Under the pieces are notes generated by a model. That model was not told the origin of the DNA and ran no database searches. It saw only the letters and a program-made list of their open reading frames with translations. A DNA stretch of 60,121 nucleotides, the filler included. It is 7 parts of 7 records of this genome, joined end to end, with 100 filler letters (N's around TTAATTAATTAA, not from the genome) between each part and the next. Parts side by side here need not be neighbours in the genome. Positions count along the whole stretch, not along the records: positions 32,375 to 44,815 come from SRR31156797_43477; positions 44,916 to 53,876 come from SRR31156797_43479; 5 more parts are not named here. One strand, given 5' to 3'. A program made the translations under genes and the position numbers. Positions 42,869 through 52,549 of this stretch are shown here, in pieces (position 1 is the first letter of the stretch; every line of letters begins with the position of its first letter).

Positions 42869-43028
42869 TTTTATTGTGATGCGTTTCAGAGGGTGGTTTC
42901 GACTATGTCGGCGGGCGCGGCCAATATCGTTTAAACGCATTTGATCCCCCCACCGAAGTGTTGGAATGTTTATCCCGGCGTGGTGCCGGTGCCCCCGAAG
43001 ACGTGCAGCGAACATGTGGAGTGAGTTG

Positions 43029-43238
43029 ATGATCAAAGGCACCGTAAAGTGGTTCAGCGGCCAAAAAGGTTATGGTTTCATCGCGCCGGAAGATGGTTCG
43101 GATGACGCCTTCGTGCACATTTCCGCTCTTCAGAATGCGGGATTGGCTGGTCTTGACGAAGGGCAGAAGGTCGAATTCGATTTGACCCCTGGCCGCAACG
43201 GCAAGCTTGCCGCCGACAATATCCGCATCATCGAATAG
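43029..43238 (+). CDS. cspA: Cold-shock protein
   Basis: GTVKWF...KGYGFI...DAFVHIS...L.EGQKV. Confidence 0.95.
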   Translation: MIKGTVKWFSGQKGYGFIAPEDGSDDAFVHISALQNAGLAGLDEGQKVEFDLTPGRNGKLAADNIRIIE

Positions 43239-43302
43239 CGACTTCGAATTTGGCCGGGCCGACGCCGATCTTCGGCGAAGCCGGGTTTGAAATCGAAAAA
43301 AC

Positions 43303-43336
43303 GGCCCCGGAAGCCCAGGTTTCCGGGGTCATTTTT
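43303..43336 (+). terminator. Rho-independent terminator after csp
   Basis: GGCCCCGGAAGC-ccag-GTTTCCGGGGTC then ATTTTT. Confidence 0.7.
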
Positions 43337-43523
43337 ATGAATAGGTTTGCCGGTGCCGTTGATTCGTGACGGGGTTCGATGTCCCCGGTCTATTCTTGCA
43401 CTGGGCTGCTCCCGGTCGATCGGCCTGCACCTGGGCTTGGCTTTCGTCAAAGCGAATGGCACACTGGCTTGAGATTGGTGGCAAGGATCACGTTAAGACA
43501 ACCGAGATATCTCCTGTAGCGCC

Positions 43524-44705
43524 ATGAACAGACAAAACCAAACGGAATACGCGCCAGCCGAACGGGCGAAGACTGAACGTGTCGGTCGGCAAGCCGATGC
43601 GCTTGCCGCAGCGCCGCTGTTGTCGGTTATTCTGGACAATCTCCAGGAGTTGGTTTTGATCCTGAACCAACAGCGGCAGATCGTTTTCGCCAATCGGCGT
43701 TTTTGCGATTTCCTCGGTACGCCCGATGCCGCCGATTTTTTCGGGCAAAGGCCGGGCGAGGCGGTGTCCTGCGTCTATGCTCTGGCCCGTGAAACGCCGA
43801 ACGGCTGTGGTACGTCCGAATTCTGCCGAACCTGCGGTGCCGTCAATGCCATTCTCAATAGCCAGGAGAACGACAGCGGCAGCGACATCCAGGAATGCAG
43901 TGTCATTCGCGAAGGCGACGCCGAACCGCTGAATTTCCGGGTACGGGCGACCCGGTTTCCCCATGACGGCGAGACCTACACCATGTTCGCCTTCGAAGAC
44001 ATCAGCCATGAAAAGCGCCGCGAAGAACTGGAGCGCGTTTTTTTCCACGATATCCTCAATACCGCAGGTGCCGTTCGTGGCCTGGCCGACGTTCTGGAAC
44101 TGGCGCCGCCGGACAAGCAATCCGATTTTCGCCATCGCATATCGATGGGCGCGTCGCGCCTGATCGATGAAATCAACAGTCAGCGAATCGTCGCTGCCGC
44201 CGAACGGGGCGATCTGGCCTGCGACTTCGAACCGGTCGGCACGCGGGATTTCCTGGCCGGCGTGATGGCCCTTTTCGAAGGCCATTCCAGCGCCGAGGGC
44301 CGCCACCTGGTCGTGCAGGGCGACAGTATTGACGTTGAGTTCGAAACCGATCGCGGCCTGTTGTCCCGGGTTGTCGTCAACATGATCAAGAACGCGTTGG
44401 AAGCGACGGCGGCCAGCGGCACCGTCACCGTTGGTTGCGAAATGGCGGCGGGCAGGGTTCGTTTCTGGACCCACAATGTCGCGGTCATCGAAGAAGACGT
44501 CGCGAAACAGATATTCCGGCGGTCCTTTTCGACCAAGGGGAAGGGGCGGGGGCTGGGCAGCTACAGCATGCGCCTGATCGGCGAACGCTATCTGGACGGC
44601 CGGGTTTCCTTTTCCTCGGACGAAGCAACCGGCACCGTCTTTTCCGCCGCATTCCCGGTTCGGCGGCTACAACGCAATGCCGGCATTTCCGCTCCGAAGT
44701 TTTAG
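43524..44705 (+). CDS. Soluble sensor histidine kinase with Cys-rich PAS-like domain
   Basis: LILNQQRQIVFAN...GQRPGEAVSC-x11-C-x5-C-x2-C; FFHDILN; NMIKNALEA; FSTKGKGRGLGSY. Confidence 0.9.
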   Translation: MNRQNQTEYAPAERAKTERVGRQADALAAAPLLSVILDNLQELVLILNQQRQIVFANRRFCDFLGTPDAADFFGQRPGEAVSCVYALARETPNGCGTSEFCRTCGAVNAILNSQENDSGSDIQECSVIREGDAEPLNFRVRATRFPHDGETYTMFAFEDISHEKRREELERVFFHDILNTAGAVRGLADVLELAPPDKQSDFRHRISMGASRLIDEINSQRIVAAAERGDLACDFEPVGTRDFLAGVMALFEGHSSAEGRHLVVQGDSIDVEFETDRGLLSRVVVNMIKNALEATAASGTVTVGCEMAAGRVRFWTHNVAVIEEDVAKQIFRRSFSTKGKGRGLGSYSMRLIGERYLDGRVSFSSDEATGTVFSAAFPVRRLQRNAGISAPKF

Positions 44706-44815
44706 GGTCAGGACCCATTGAATCGATGCAATTGCGTTTGCAAAAGGCGCGTCGCGGGCAAGGAAACAAGCGCAAGGACATGCCGGAGCATATTCGAGCA
44801 TTGTTGCCGCCGCAT
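44703..44815 (+). repeat. Probable left end of an alphaproteobacterial MITE-like repeat
   Basis: Begins TAGGGTCAGGACCCATTGA at the kinase stop codon; non-coding; runs into contig end. Resemblance is from recall, not a search. Confidence 0.5.
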
Positions 44816-44915
44816 NNNNNNNNNNNNNNNNNNNNNNNNNNNNNNNNNNNNNNNNNNNNTTAATTAATTAANNNNNNNNNNNNNNNNNNNNNNNNNNNNN
44901 NNNNNNNNNNNNNNN
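44816..44915. other. Artificial contig linker
   Basis: N44-TTAATTAATTAA-N44. Confidence 0.99.
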
Positions 44916-44943
44916 TAGTGTCCAGTTTACAGGTTCCATTATA
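44916..44943. mobile_element. Possible IS3-family terminal inverted repeat
   Basis: GTGTCCAGTTTACAGGTTCCATTATA at contig edge resembles IS3/IS150 ends; no transposase visible. Confidence 0.3.
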
Positions 44944-44969
44944 AAGCTCCTTTGCTCTTTTATTAAAAT

Positions 44970-47900
44970 TTATAGTTTTATTACTTTGTTTCTACCTGAT
45001 TTTTTAGCCATATACAAAGCTTTGTCAGCTCGGTTGATAAAGGAATCCTTAGTATCTCCAATCTGCCAATATGTTACACCAAAACTTGATGTGATAGTAG
45101 CTATGTTTTTAAATTCAGTATTCTCTATGGCTGATCTGATTTTTTCAGCTGTATCAAATGCCGAGTCAGATTCAGGCAGCAGAATAAGGAACTCCTCTCC
45201 TCCCCATCTACCAAGGATATCAGTCTCGCAGATGTTAGAGCTAAGTACATCTGCAACTTTTACAAGTACTTCATCTCCTATATTATGACCAAAAGTATCG
45301 TTTATTCTCTTAAAATTATCAATATCTAAAATAATCAGTGCTAATTTAGATTTATCAACTTTACATTTTTTAATCTCAATCTGTAGTTTATCTTCGAGAT
45401 ATCGACGATTATATACATTTGTTAATTGATCGGTTGTTGATAATCTTTCCAATTCGATATTCTGCATTTTTAGCAATTCATTCTTTTTAAACAGTTCAAT
45501 AGTTCTTTCTTTTACTTTGTTCTCTAAACTTTCGTATAGTATTGCATTTTCCAGAGAGATAGCTAATTGTGATGAGAGAATATTAAGTATCTCTATTCTA
45601 TTTTCTGTAAAAACTCCCGGAATTTTGTTATTTTCCAGATAGATTATCCCTACAAGTCTTCCTTTGTTTAATACCGGATAACAGAGAACAGATTTGATAT
45701 CGTTTTTCTGTACATACTCTTCGGAATAATAACTGCTTTCATTTCCTGCATCTGCAATTACAAGTTTTTCTTCACTATTGAATACATAATTTATTATAGA
45801 TTTTAATAGATTATCATATTTTGATAATTCGGTTTTATCAATATTATTAGTATTTGATTCTGCATTAGTTTCAATTAGGATATATTCATTGTTATCTTCT
45901 TTTACTATGAATAAACCTCTCTCGGCACCTGCGTTTTCTATAACTAATTGCATCATTTTTTTGAGCAGTTTATTGGTTTTTATCTCCTTTGATAATACTT
46001 GAGATGCTTTAACCATTGTACTGAAATCAAGAGCTTCCTGCATAGTTGATGATGATAAAGTACCGTATCTTGTACTTTCGAAATTATCAAATGCCTGAAT
46101 ATATATTTTTTCCTCAAGATACTTTGAGTATCTCTCTTTTAACAGATAAACTTTTCTTTTTGCTTCCCATTTTTTATATCGATAAATAGACTCGTTTAGG
46201 AATATTTTTCCTAATTTAACACCGTCATTTTCAAACCAAAATTTTGCATATAACTCATTAGCAAGTGCATCTTCCTGAATAAAGGCGTTATTTCTGGCAG
46301 CTTTTACTGCTTTTTCAAAATGATTAATAGTTTCAGCAAAAATATCCTGAATTCTTAATCTTTCAGCTTGTAAAATAAGTAATTTTTGCTCACAGTTTTT
46401 CGGAGCACTGGAATTATAATTTTCTATAGTTTTTATAGCGTCGTCTATAAATTTTATATCTTCTGCCTGCTCTTCACTACTTTTTGATTTATAAAGTGCT
46501 GTTTTTACAAGAGCAGCATAGAACCAAAACTGTACAATGTCAAATTGAGGAGTGATCCACAATAGATACTCTTTAGCTTTGTCTATATATGTTTCAGCAG
46601 TTTCATAATCTTCATACATAAAATGAAGATATAATTTCATAATATAGTGTAGTGTGATTTGAAGATTCAAACCATTTTCATGCCACTCTTTTAGTTTGAA
46701 TTCTTCACTTTGTTTATCAGTATTTAATAAAAATTTGTCTTCAGTTTCATCCATTAAACTTAACACTGTATATCTCATGTTGTTGTAAAATTCAAACATC
46801 CCGGTATGTTTTGTTTTTTCCATAAAATTGATACAGATATCAGCATGTTTTTTCGAAGAACTAAGTTTAACTCCCTGGTAAAAAATATATCTTCCTGAGA
46901 TAGCTTTTGCATAATTCGAGTAGTTAATATCTCCGGAGTTATTACCAAAATCAAATGCTTTACCCAGAGTCTCAACTGAGTTAGCTATATGCTCCTTCCA
47001 GAACTGTATAAAGCCACCAAACATATGGTATGTTCTACACATTATATGGAAATTTTTATTTTTTTCAACTAATTCAATAGCAGCTTTACCAAAAGCATAA
47101 CCTTCATCAATTTTACCCTGTGCAACCAGCATAACTCCCCACCATACATAACCGGACGGAGTTGACTCTGAATTACCATAGATCATAGAGAGGTTAACCT
47201 GCGTAAGTATGATCAAATTAAGAATGTCAGGATTCCCCAGATAAGCACCATCGATCATCTTTTCCAAGAACTCCATACAGACTTCTTTTTCACGATCACT
47301 TACATCTTCGAGTTTTGAGAGTTCATTAATATCATGTAGTTGTGAATAGTTAAAATGTTTCTCAATTTCGAGTTTATATAATTTTTTAATAGCGGTTTTA
47401 TCATCTTGCTGCGGAAGATCAACACCCCACTCAGCAAGAGCTTTTATACCCACATCTATGCTTTCTCTGAATTTGTTGATGCTGATATAATACAGGATCA
47501 TTATTTTATGAACTTTATATCTGTCTTGCCTGTTTTTTGAATTTTTAACAAGTGTTGCGAAACGTTTTTCAGCATTTTCAAAATTTCTGGAAAGATACTC
47601 AGATTCAGCATTTTCAAGGTGTAATCTATATGCAAGCTCATAATTTTCAGTCCATAAATTTTCACCTAAAAGATCAATACCGATATTACTATGAATAGCT
47701 GAAATTTCATATGCATTTGATTCACGCTCTTTTTTTGCAGCTAAGCAGTTTAACTCTGCAAGTTTTATTTTTTCATTTTTATCTATAATTAATTTATTTC
47801 CTTTGTTAAGGTGTTCCAGTACAAAGAAAATTCTTTCCTCTAATTCGTTTTCACTATAATTCTCAAGGAGTAATCGACCTATCTTTAGATGAATACTCTC

Positions 47901-50006
47901 TTTTTCGTTTTCAGGAATTAATTCATATGCAGCCTGCTGAACTCGGTCATGTAGGAATTTATCAGTGATTTTAAGATCTAATAATTGCTTAGAACTATAC
48001 TCATTTGAAGCAGCAAAACTTGATAAGATTTTGTGCCCCTCACCTATTGGAATAACAAAGCCCTCTTTAACAGCCGGCCATAAATCTATTGCAGCCTGCT
48101 GAATATTTGTTTTACTGATATAGGCCAGAGTTGAAAGTTCGAACTGGTTACCGATACAAGCACCTAAGCTAAGAATGTCCTGAGTTTTTTCAGGTAGTTT
48201 TTTTAAGTTTTTCAACATAAATTCAACAACATTACCTGTAATGTTTTGTTCTTCAATTAAATTAATATCCCAAACCCATTTTAATTTATCATAGTTAAAT
48301 TTTATAAGTTTTTCTTTAGCCAGAGTATTTAGAAACTCTTTTGTAAAGAAAGGATTTCCACCTGTTTTTTGAAATGTAAGCTCACTTAACTCCCGTGTTA
48401 ACTCTTTATTTTCATCTAATGTTTCAGAGATTAACTGGTTGATATGCTGTTTTTTTAGAGGAGTTAAATTAAAATCAATAATATCTACTTCGTCTTTTAT
48501 ATCTTCAAGCATAATATTTAGCGGATGAGAGAGAAAAATCTCATTATCCCGATACGCTCCGATAAACAGAAAGTTTTTAAGTTTTATATCTTTGATTAAT
48601 ATCTTTAGAATCTCCAAAGTAGCATTATCCACCCATTGTAAATCATCCAAAAAGATAATAAGCGGATGCTTTTTATCTGCTAAAACCCTAAAGAAGTTTT
48701 CAAAGATAAATTTAAATCTGTTTTGTGCTTCAATTGGTGATAAAGTTTGAACTTCATCTTGTTCATCAATTAAAATCTCAAGCTCCGGAATAACGTCAGT
48801 TAAAAGTTTTCCATTTTCTCCAAGAGCAGATTTTAATTTTGTTTTTAATTTATCAAGTTTAGAATCACTTTCTCCAAGTACCAGTTTGATTAATTCCCGA
48901 AGTGCTGAAATCAAAGCACTGTATGGGACATCTTTTTGAAATTGATCAAACTTTCCTGAGACGAAATATCCTTTACTTTTTGATATAGATTTATGAACTT
49001 CATTTATTAGCGCAGATTTCCCTATACCCGAATATCCCGAAACAAGTATTATTTCAGAGTTAGACTCTAAAATGTTATCAACACGTTCAATAAGTTTATT
49101 TTTTTCCTCTTCTCTCCCATATAACTTTTGAGGGATTTGGAAGTCATTTTTTTTATCATGTTCAGCTATTTTAAAATCTATGTTTTCGATTTTTTCTTTT
49201 ATATTGTTATATAATTTTTTTAAATCTGAAATAAGTCCGTAATTTGATTGATATCTTTTTTCAGCATTTTTTTCCAATAATTTCATTAATATATTCGAAA
49301 GTGTGACAGGAATATTTGGATCAATAATGTGAGGTAAAATAGGTCTTTTGGCAATGTGAAGATGCACCATTTCCATAGCATCCTCAGCATTTGGAAATAG
49401 ATTTTGGCCGGTGAATAATTTATAGAAGGCAGCACCCAGTGAATAATAATCAGTTCTAAAATCAATAGGTCTGTTCATTCTGCCTGTTTGCTCCGGCGAG
49501 AGATAATTGATAGTTCCCTCTAGGACATTAGGATTTTTAATCTCCTGCTCCTCTTTATTAAGTTTTGTGGATAAACCAAAATCAATAATTCGAACATATT
49601 CAGCATTTTCAGAGACAAGAATGTTATTGGGATTAATATCCTTATGAATAACTCCCTCTTTATGAATATCACCTAATATTTCTGCTGCTTTTATAAATAC
49701 TTTTATATTTTCTTCGAGAGTTTTATTTATAAATTTCGATAGAGGGACTCCCTCGAAATACTCTTCGATTATTGCAGGAGAATTGTTAATATCGATGAAA
49801 TCATATACTTTGACTACTCCATCAATATTCAGCTCCTTTAAAAGTTCAAATTCATATCTAAATTTAAGAATTTGGTCAGGGCTCGGATACTCTGTATTAA
49901 GAGTCTTAATTGCAACGGGAGTATTATCAGAGCGTTTGACTCCTTTAAATATTACTGTTGAATTAATTTCTGAAATAGTTTTTTTAATTTCGTATTTTTT
50001 ATTCAT
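44970..50006 (-). CDS. Ser/Thr kinase - P-loop ATPase - TPR-like - GAF - diguanylate cyclase
   Basis: VAIK, IHKDINPNN, DFG, YLSPE; Walker A GYSGIGKS, Walker B IFLDDLQW; FLHDRVQQAAY; GAF GIIYLEN; DIDNFKRIND..GH, RWGGEEF. Confidence 0.93.
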   Translation of the reverse strand: MNKKYEIKKTISEINSTVIFKGVKRSDNTPVAIKTLNTEYPSPDQILKFRYEFELLKELNIDGVVKVYDFIDINNSPAIIEEYFEGVPLSKFINKTLEENIKVFIKAAEILGDIHKEGVIHKDINPNNILVSENAEYVRIIDFGLSTKLNKEEQEIKNPNVLEGTINYLSPEQTGRMNRPIDFRTDYYSLGAAFYKLFTGQNLFPNAEDAMEMVHLHIAKRPILPHIIDPNIPVTLSNILMKLLEKNAEKRYQSNYGLISDLKKLYNNIKEKIENIDFKIAEHDKKNDFQIPQKLYGREEEKNKLIERVDNILESNSEIILVSGYSGIGKSALINEVHKSISKSKGYFVSGKFDQFQKDVPYSALISALRELIKLVLGESDSKLDKLKTKLKSALGENGKLLTDVIPELEILIDEQDEVQTLSPIEAQNRFKFIFENFFRVLADKKHPLIIFLDDLQWVDNATLEILKILIKDIKLKNFLFIGAYRDNEIFLSHPLNIMLEDIKDEVDIIDFNLTPLKKQHINQLISETLDENKELTRELSELTFQKTGGNPFFTKEFLNTLAKEKLIKFNYDKLKWVWDINLIEEQNITGNVVEFMLKNLKKLPEKTQDILSLGACIGNQFELSTLAYISKTNIQQAAIDLWPAVKEGFVIPIGEGHKILSSFAASNEYSSKQLLDLKITDKFLHDRVQQAAYELIPENEKESIHLKIGRLLLENYSENELEERIFFVLEHLNKGNKLIIDKNEKIKLAELNCLAAKKERESNAYEISAIHSNIGIDLLGENLWTENYELAYRLHLENAESEYLSRNFENAEKRFATLVKNSKNRQDRYKVHKIMILYYISINKFRESIDVGIKALAEWGVDLPQQDDKTAIKKLYKLEIEKHFNYSQLHDINELSKLEDVSDREKEVCMEFLEKMIDGAYLGNPDILNLIILTQVNLSMIYGNSESTPSGYVWWGVMLVAQGKIDEGYAFGKAAIELVEKNKNFHIMCRTYHMFGGFIQFWKEHIANSVETLGKAFDFGNNSGDINYSNYAKAISGRYIFYQGVKLSSSKKHADICINFMEKTKHTGMFEFYNNMRYTVLSLMDETEDKFLLNTDKQSEEFKLKEWHENGLNLQITLHYIMKLYLHFMYEDYETAETYIDKAKEYLLWITPQFDIVQFWFYAALVKTALYKSKSSEEQAEDIKFIDDAIKTIENYNSSAPKNCEQKLLILQAERLRIQDIFAETINHFEKAVKAARNNAFIQEDALANELYAKFWFENDGVKLGKIFLNESIYRYKKWEAKRKVYLLKERYSKYLEEKIYIQAFDNFESTRYGTLSSSTMQEALDFSTMVKASQVLSKEIKTNKLLKKMMQLVIENAGAERGLFIVKEDNNEYILIETNAESNTNNIDKTELSKYDNLLKSIINYVFNSEEKLVIADAGNESSYYSEEYVQKNDIKSVLCYPVLNKGRLVGIIYLENNKIPGVFTENRIEILNILSSQLAISLENAILYESLENKVKERTIELFKKNELLKMQNIELERLSTTDQLTNVYNRRYLEDKLQIEIKKCKVDKSKLALIILDIDNFKRINDTFGHNIGDEVLVKVADVLSSNICETDILGRWGGEEFLILLPESDSAFDTAEKIRSAIENTEFKNIATITSSFGVTYWQIGDTKDSFINRADKALYMAKKSGRNKVIKL

Positions 50007-50064
50007 TATACCAAGCCGCCTATCTTTAAATTTGATTTATTTATTAGTAAAATTATCTACTTTA

Positions 50065-50093
50065 ATCTTACTATTTATATCTTTAAAATGCAA
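50065..50093 (-). promoter_or_regulatory. sigma70 promoter of kinase/GGDEF gene
   Basis: TTGCAT-17nt-TAAGAT on minus strand; AT-rich background lowers confidence. Confidence 0.5.
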
Positions 50094-50113
50094 GGTTTTG
50101 TAGAATGAAAAAT

Positions 50114-50145
50114 AAAAAAAGACTTTCGAATTTCATCGAAAGTCT
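50114..50145 (-). terminator. Rho-independent terminator after HAD gene
   Basis: AGACTTTCGA-N6-TCGAAAGTCT followed by T-run on minus strand. Confidence 0.75.
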
Positions 50146-50169
50146 AATCTTTTCGTAGTCAATAAACCG

Positions 50170-50853
50170 TTAAACTATACTTAATAACTCTAATAACTCT
50201 GAGATTTCATATACAGGCTTTATATCTGTTTTATTTGGCTTTTTATTAGGGTTAAACCAACAGGTGTCAATGTTTGCGTTAACTCCACCTTTAATGTCAG
50301 AGTTTAGGTTATCCCCGATCATTAATACTTTAGTTTTGTCTTTGTAGTTTAAAATTTTAAGAGTATGATCAAAAATTTCCGCATCAGGTTTAGCTATCTG
50401 AATCTCCTCGGAGATAACTATTGTTTCAAAATAATGGGCTATTTTAGATTTTTTAATTCTTATCTCCTGAACTTTTGTTAATCCGTTTGTGATAATAGCC
50501 AATCTGCATTTATCTTTTAATTTTTCCAGAAGTTTGATGCTGTCATCATAAAGTATAGAGCTGTGAGCCAGATGATGCATATATAGTTTTGCAAACTTTT
50601 TTGCATCAAATTTCATATTAGCTTTTTCACCGAATCTTTTGAATCTTTCAACTTTTAATTTTTCCTGAGTAATTAAGCCCTCTTCAAACTCCTTCCAGAT
50701 TTTGCTGTTTACTTCGCTATATATGTCTAAATGGAAAGTCTCGTCAAAATCAAAGCCCAGATCAATTATTGATTTTTTTAAAGAGTCAGCTTGACTTTGA
50801 TCAAAATCAAACAGAGTTTGGTCAGCATCAAAAAGTAGTAGTTCGTATCTCAT
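50170..50853 (-). CDS. YjjG family pyrimidine nucleotidase (HAD)
   Basis: LFDADQTLFDF, ITNG, KPD..IF, MIGDNL.SDI.G. Confidence 0.9.
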   Translation of the reverse strand: MRYELLLFDADQTLFDFDQSQADSLKKSIIDLGFDFDETFHLDIYSEVNSKIWKEFEEGLITQEKLKVERFKRFGEKANMKFDAKKFAKLYMHHLAHSSILYDDSIKLLEKLKDKCRLAIITNGLTKVQEIRIKKSKIAHYFETIVISEEIQIAKPDAEIFDHTLKILNYKDKTKVLMIGDNLNSDIKGGVNANIDTCWFNPNKKPNKTDIKPVYEISELLELLSIV

Positions 50854-50886
50854 TTTACATCCTTTCAAATCAATTATTTTTTTCTA

Positions 50887-50915
50887 ATTATAACACTGAT
50901 TATAATGAAGTGCAA
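50887..50915 (-). promoter_or_regulatory. sigma70 promoter (extended -10) of HAD gene
   Basis: TTGCAC-17nt-TATAAT with TGn upstream of -10. Confidence 0.7.
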
Positions 50916-50919
50916 AAAT

Positions 50920-50942
50920 AAAAAAAGAGCCCGAAGGCTCTT
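50920..50942 (-). terminator. Rho-independent terminator after CvfB-like gene
   Basis: AAGAGCC-TTCG-GGCTCTT then T-run on minus strand. Confidence 0.8.
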
Positions 50943-50948
50943 AAAAAT

Positions 50949-51794
50949 CTATTTTAGTTTAAATCCAGTTCCATCTTTTTCAATAAAACCTTTTTTCAGA
51001 AGTCCTCCAATAGCTCTTTTAAATGATTTTTTACTCATTTTAAATACTCTTTGGATATCTTCAGGTGAACTTTTATCTCCAATGTTGATTTTTCCATCAC
51101 TGCTTAGTTTAATCTTTTGTAAGATAGTTTCTGCGTCATCCTCCATTTGGATATATGCTAATTGTTTCGGACTAAGATCAAGTTTTCTATCTTCTCTAAC
51201 TCTTGTAACTCTTGCTTCAACTTCGTCTCCGACGTTGAAATTAGAATATTTAGCTTCAATTGTTGGAATTAGTCCAAAATATCTATCCTCTACAGCAACG
51301 AAAACTCCTATTTCAGGAACAATTCTATAAACAGTACCTTTTACAAGGTCATTTTTTTCATGTGCTTTTGACGGTGCTAAGAATTTATAAATTCTCATTG
51401 TAGCAGTTGGTCTACCTTTACTGTCTTCGTAGATCCCAACCAGGTATCTCTTTCCAAGCTCAATTTTGCATTCTTGCTGCTTTAACGGTAATAGAATATC
51501 TTTAACAAGTCCCCAGTCCATAAATGCACCAAGTTCGTTAATATCGATAACTTCAAGCTTAGTAAGTTTACCAGCTGTTACTGGTGTTTCCTTAAGAGTT
51601 GCAATAGGTCTGTCATCCGAATCAGCGTAGATTAGAACGTTCAGAACATCTCCCTCTTGGATATCCATACCTTCGATTTCATTATTTGGAAGTAGTATAT
51701 TATTATCAGTATCTCCAGTGCCTGCATCAAGATATACTCCAATTTTGGCAACATTATTTACTTTTAGGTCTTGCCTTTTTCCTATTTTTATCAT
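50949..51794 (-). CDS. S1 RNA-binding protein, CvfB/YitL family
   Basis: GVYLD, IY.DSDDR, GAFMDWGLVKD, DKSSPEDI...MSKKSFKRAIGGL. Confidence 0.9.
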   Translation of the reverse strand: MIKIGKRQDLKVNNVAKIGVYLDAGTGDTDNNILLPNNEIEGMDIQEGDVLNVLIYADSDDRPIATLKETPVTAGKLTKLEVIDINELGAFMDWGLVKDILLPLKQQECKIELGKRYLVGIYEDSKGRPTATMRIYKFLAPSKAHEKNDLVKGTVYRIVPEIGVFVAVEDRYFGLIPTIEAKYSNFNVGDEVEARVTRVREDRKLDLSPKQLAYIQMEDDAETILQKIKLSSDGKINIGDKSSPEDIQRVFKMSKKSFKRAIGGLLKKGFIEKDGTGFKLK

Positions 51795-52549
51795 TATTTC
51801 ATCTCCTTAGAACTTAATCGTGATCTAATCACGATCGATAATAAAATTTACCCCTCATTTTACTATATTAAACAGAATAAGTAAAGAGTTTTGCACAATC
51901 TTGATAATTTATTAAAAACTATGCCTGGTTTGAAGCTGAAAAGTAAAATATGAGCTTAATATATATGGCAAAAATATGAAAATTATACTATTAATAACTT
52001 AAGCAGTTTTGTGTTGAAAATAAACCCAATAAAAAATTAGATTAAAAGTCTTCATAAAAAATCATAAAAAAAATTAATGGGCAAAAGTTTTAAAAAATTA
52101 TAAACTTTACAATTTTTTAACGTTGTGAAAAATGTAAAGATGTTATATAAATAACTCTTTACATTCGTAAATATTACCAAGTTGAAGAAAAAAAACTCCA
52201 ACAAAAACTTAAATTCCAGAGAAATTTTTCTATGCAAAAACTTGAGTAATTACTAAGACTGTAGAGGAGAGGATAAATTGAGTTGCTGAAAAAATTATTG
52301 ATTTTTTATGGTAAGTGTAGTATACCTTTATTAGTATGGGTTGTTAAAAAAATTTACTTTCACAAAATGAAAACAAAATTTACAATAAGAGGGAACTATA
52401 ATCTTGTAAGTTCTTAAAAAAGTTTCGACTAATTTTTCATTTTATGTGTCGAGGACTTTTCTTATTAAATATATTTAAAGGGAATAAAGTATTTCCATTT
52501 ACGTGTAAAAGATTAAATCCAACAAATTTTGTTAAGGGGGAGACTTTAT

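Noticed and set aside
42602-43042. N-terminal extension of the Mo-oxidoreductase ORF
   Set aside because: Overlaps the csp promoter and UTR; true start is the ATG at 42601 with GAGG RBS, just before the Fe-S motif
43456-43472. TGGCAC sigma54-like site before the Cys-rich kinase
   Set aside because: No GC at the -12 position
52052-52237. 61-aa minus-strand ORF in the AT-rich gap
   Set aside because: F/K/N-rich composition typical of chance ORFs; no RBS
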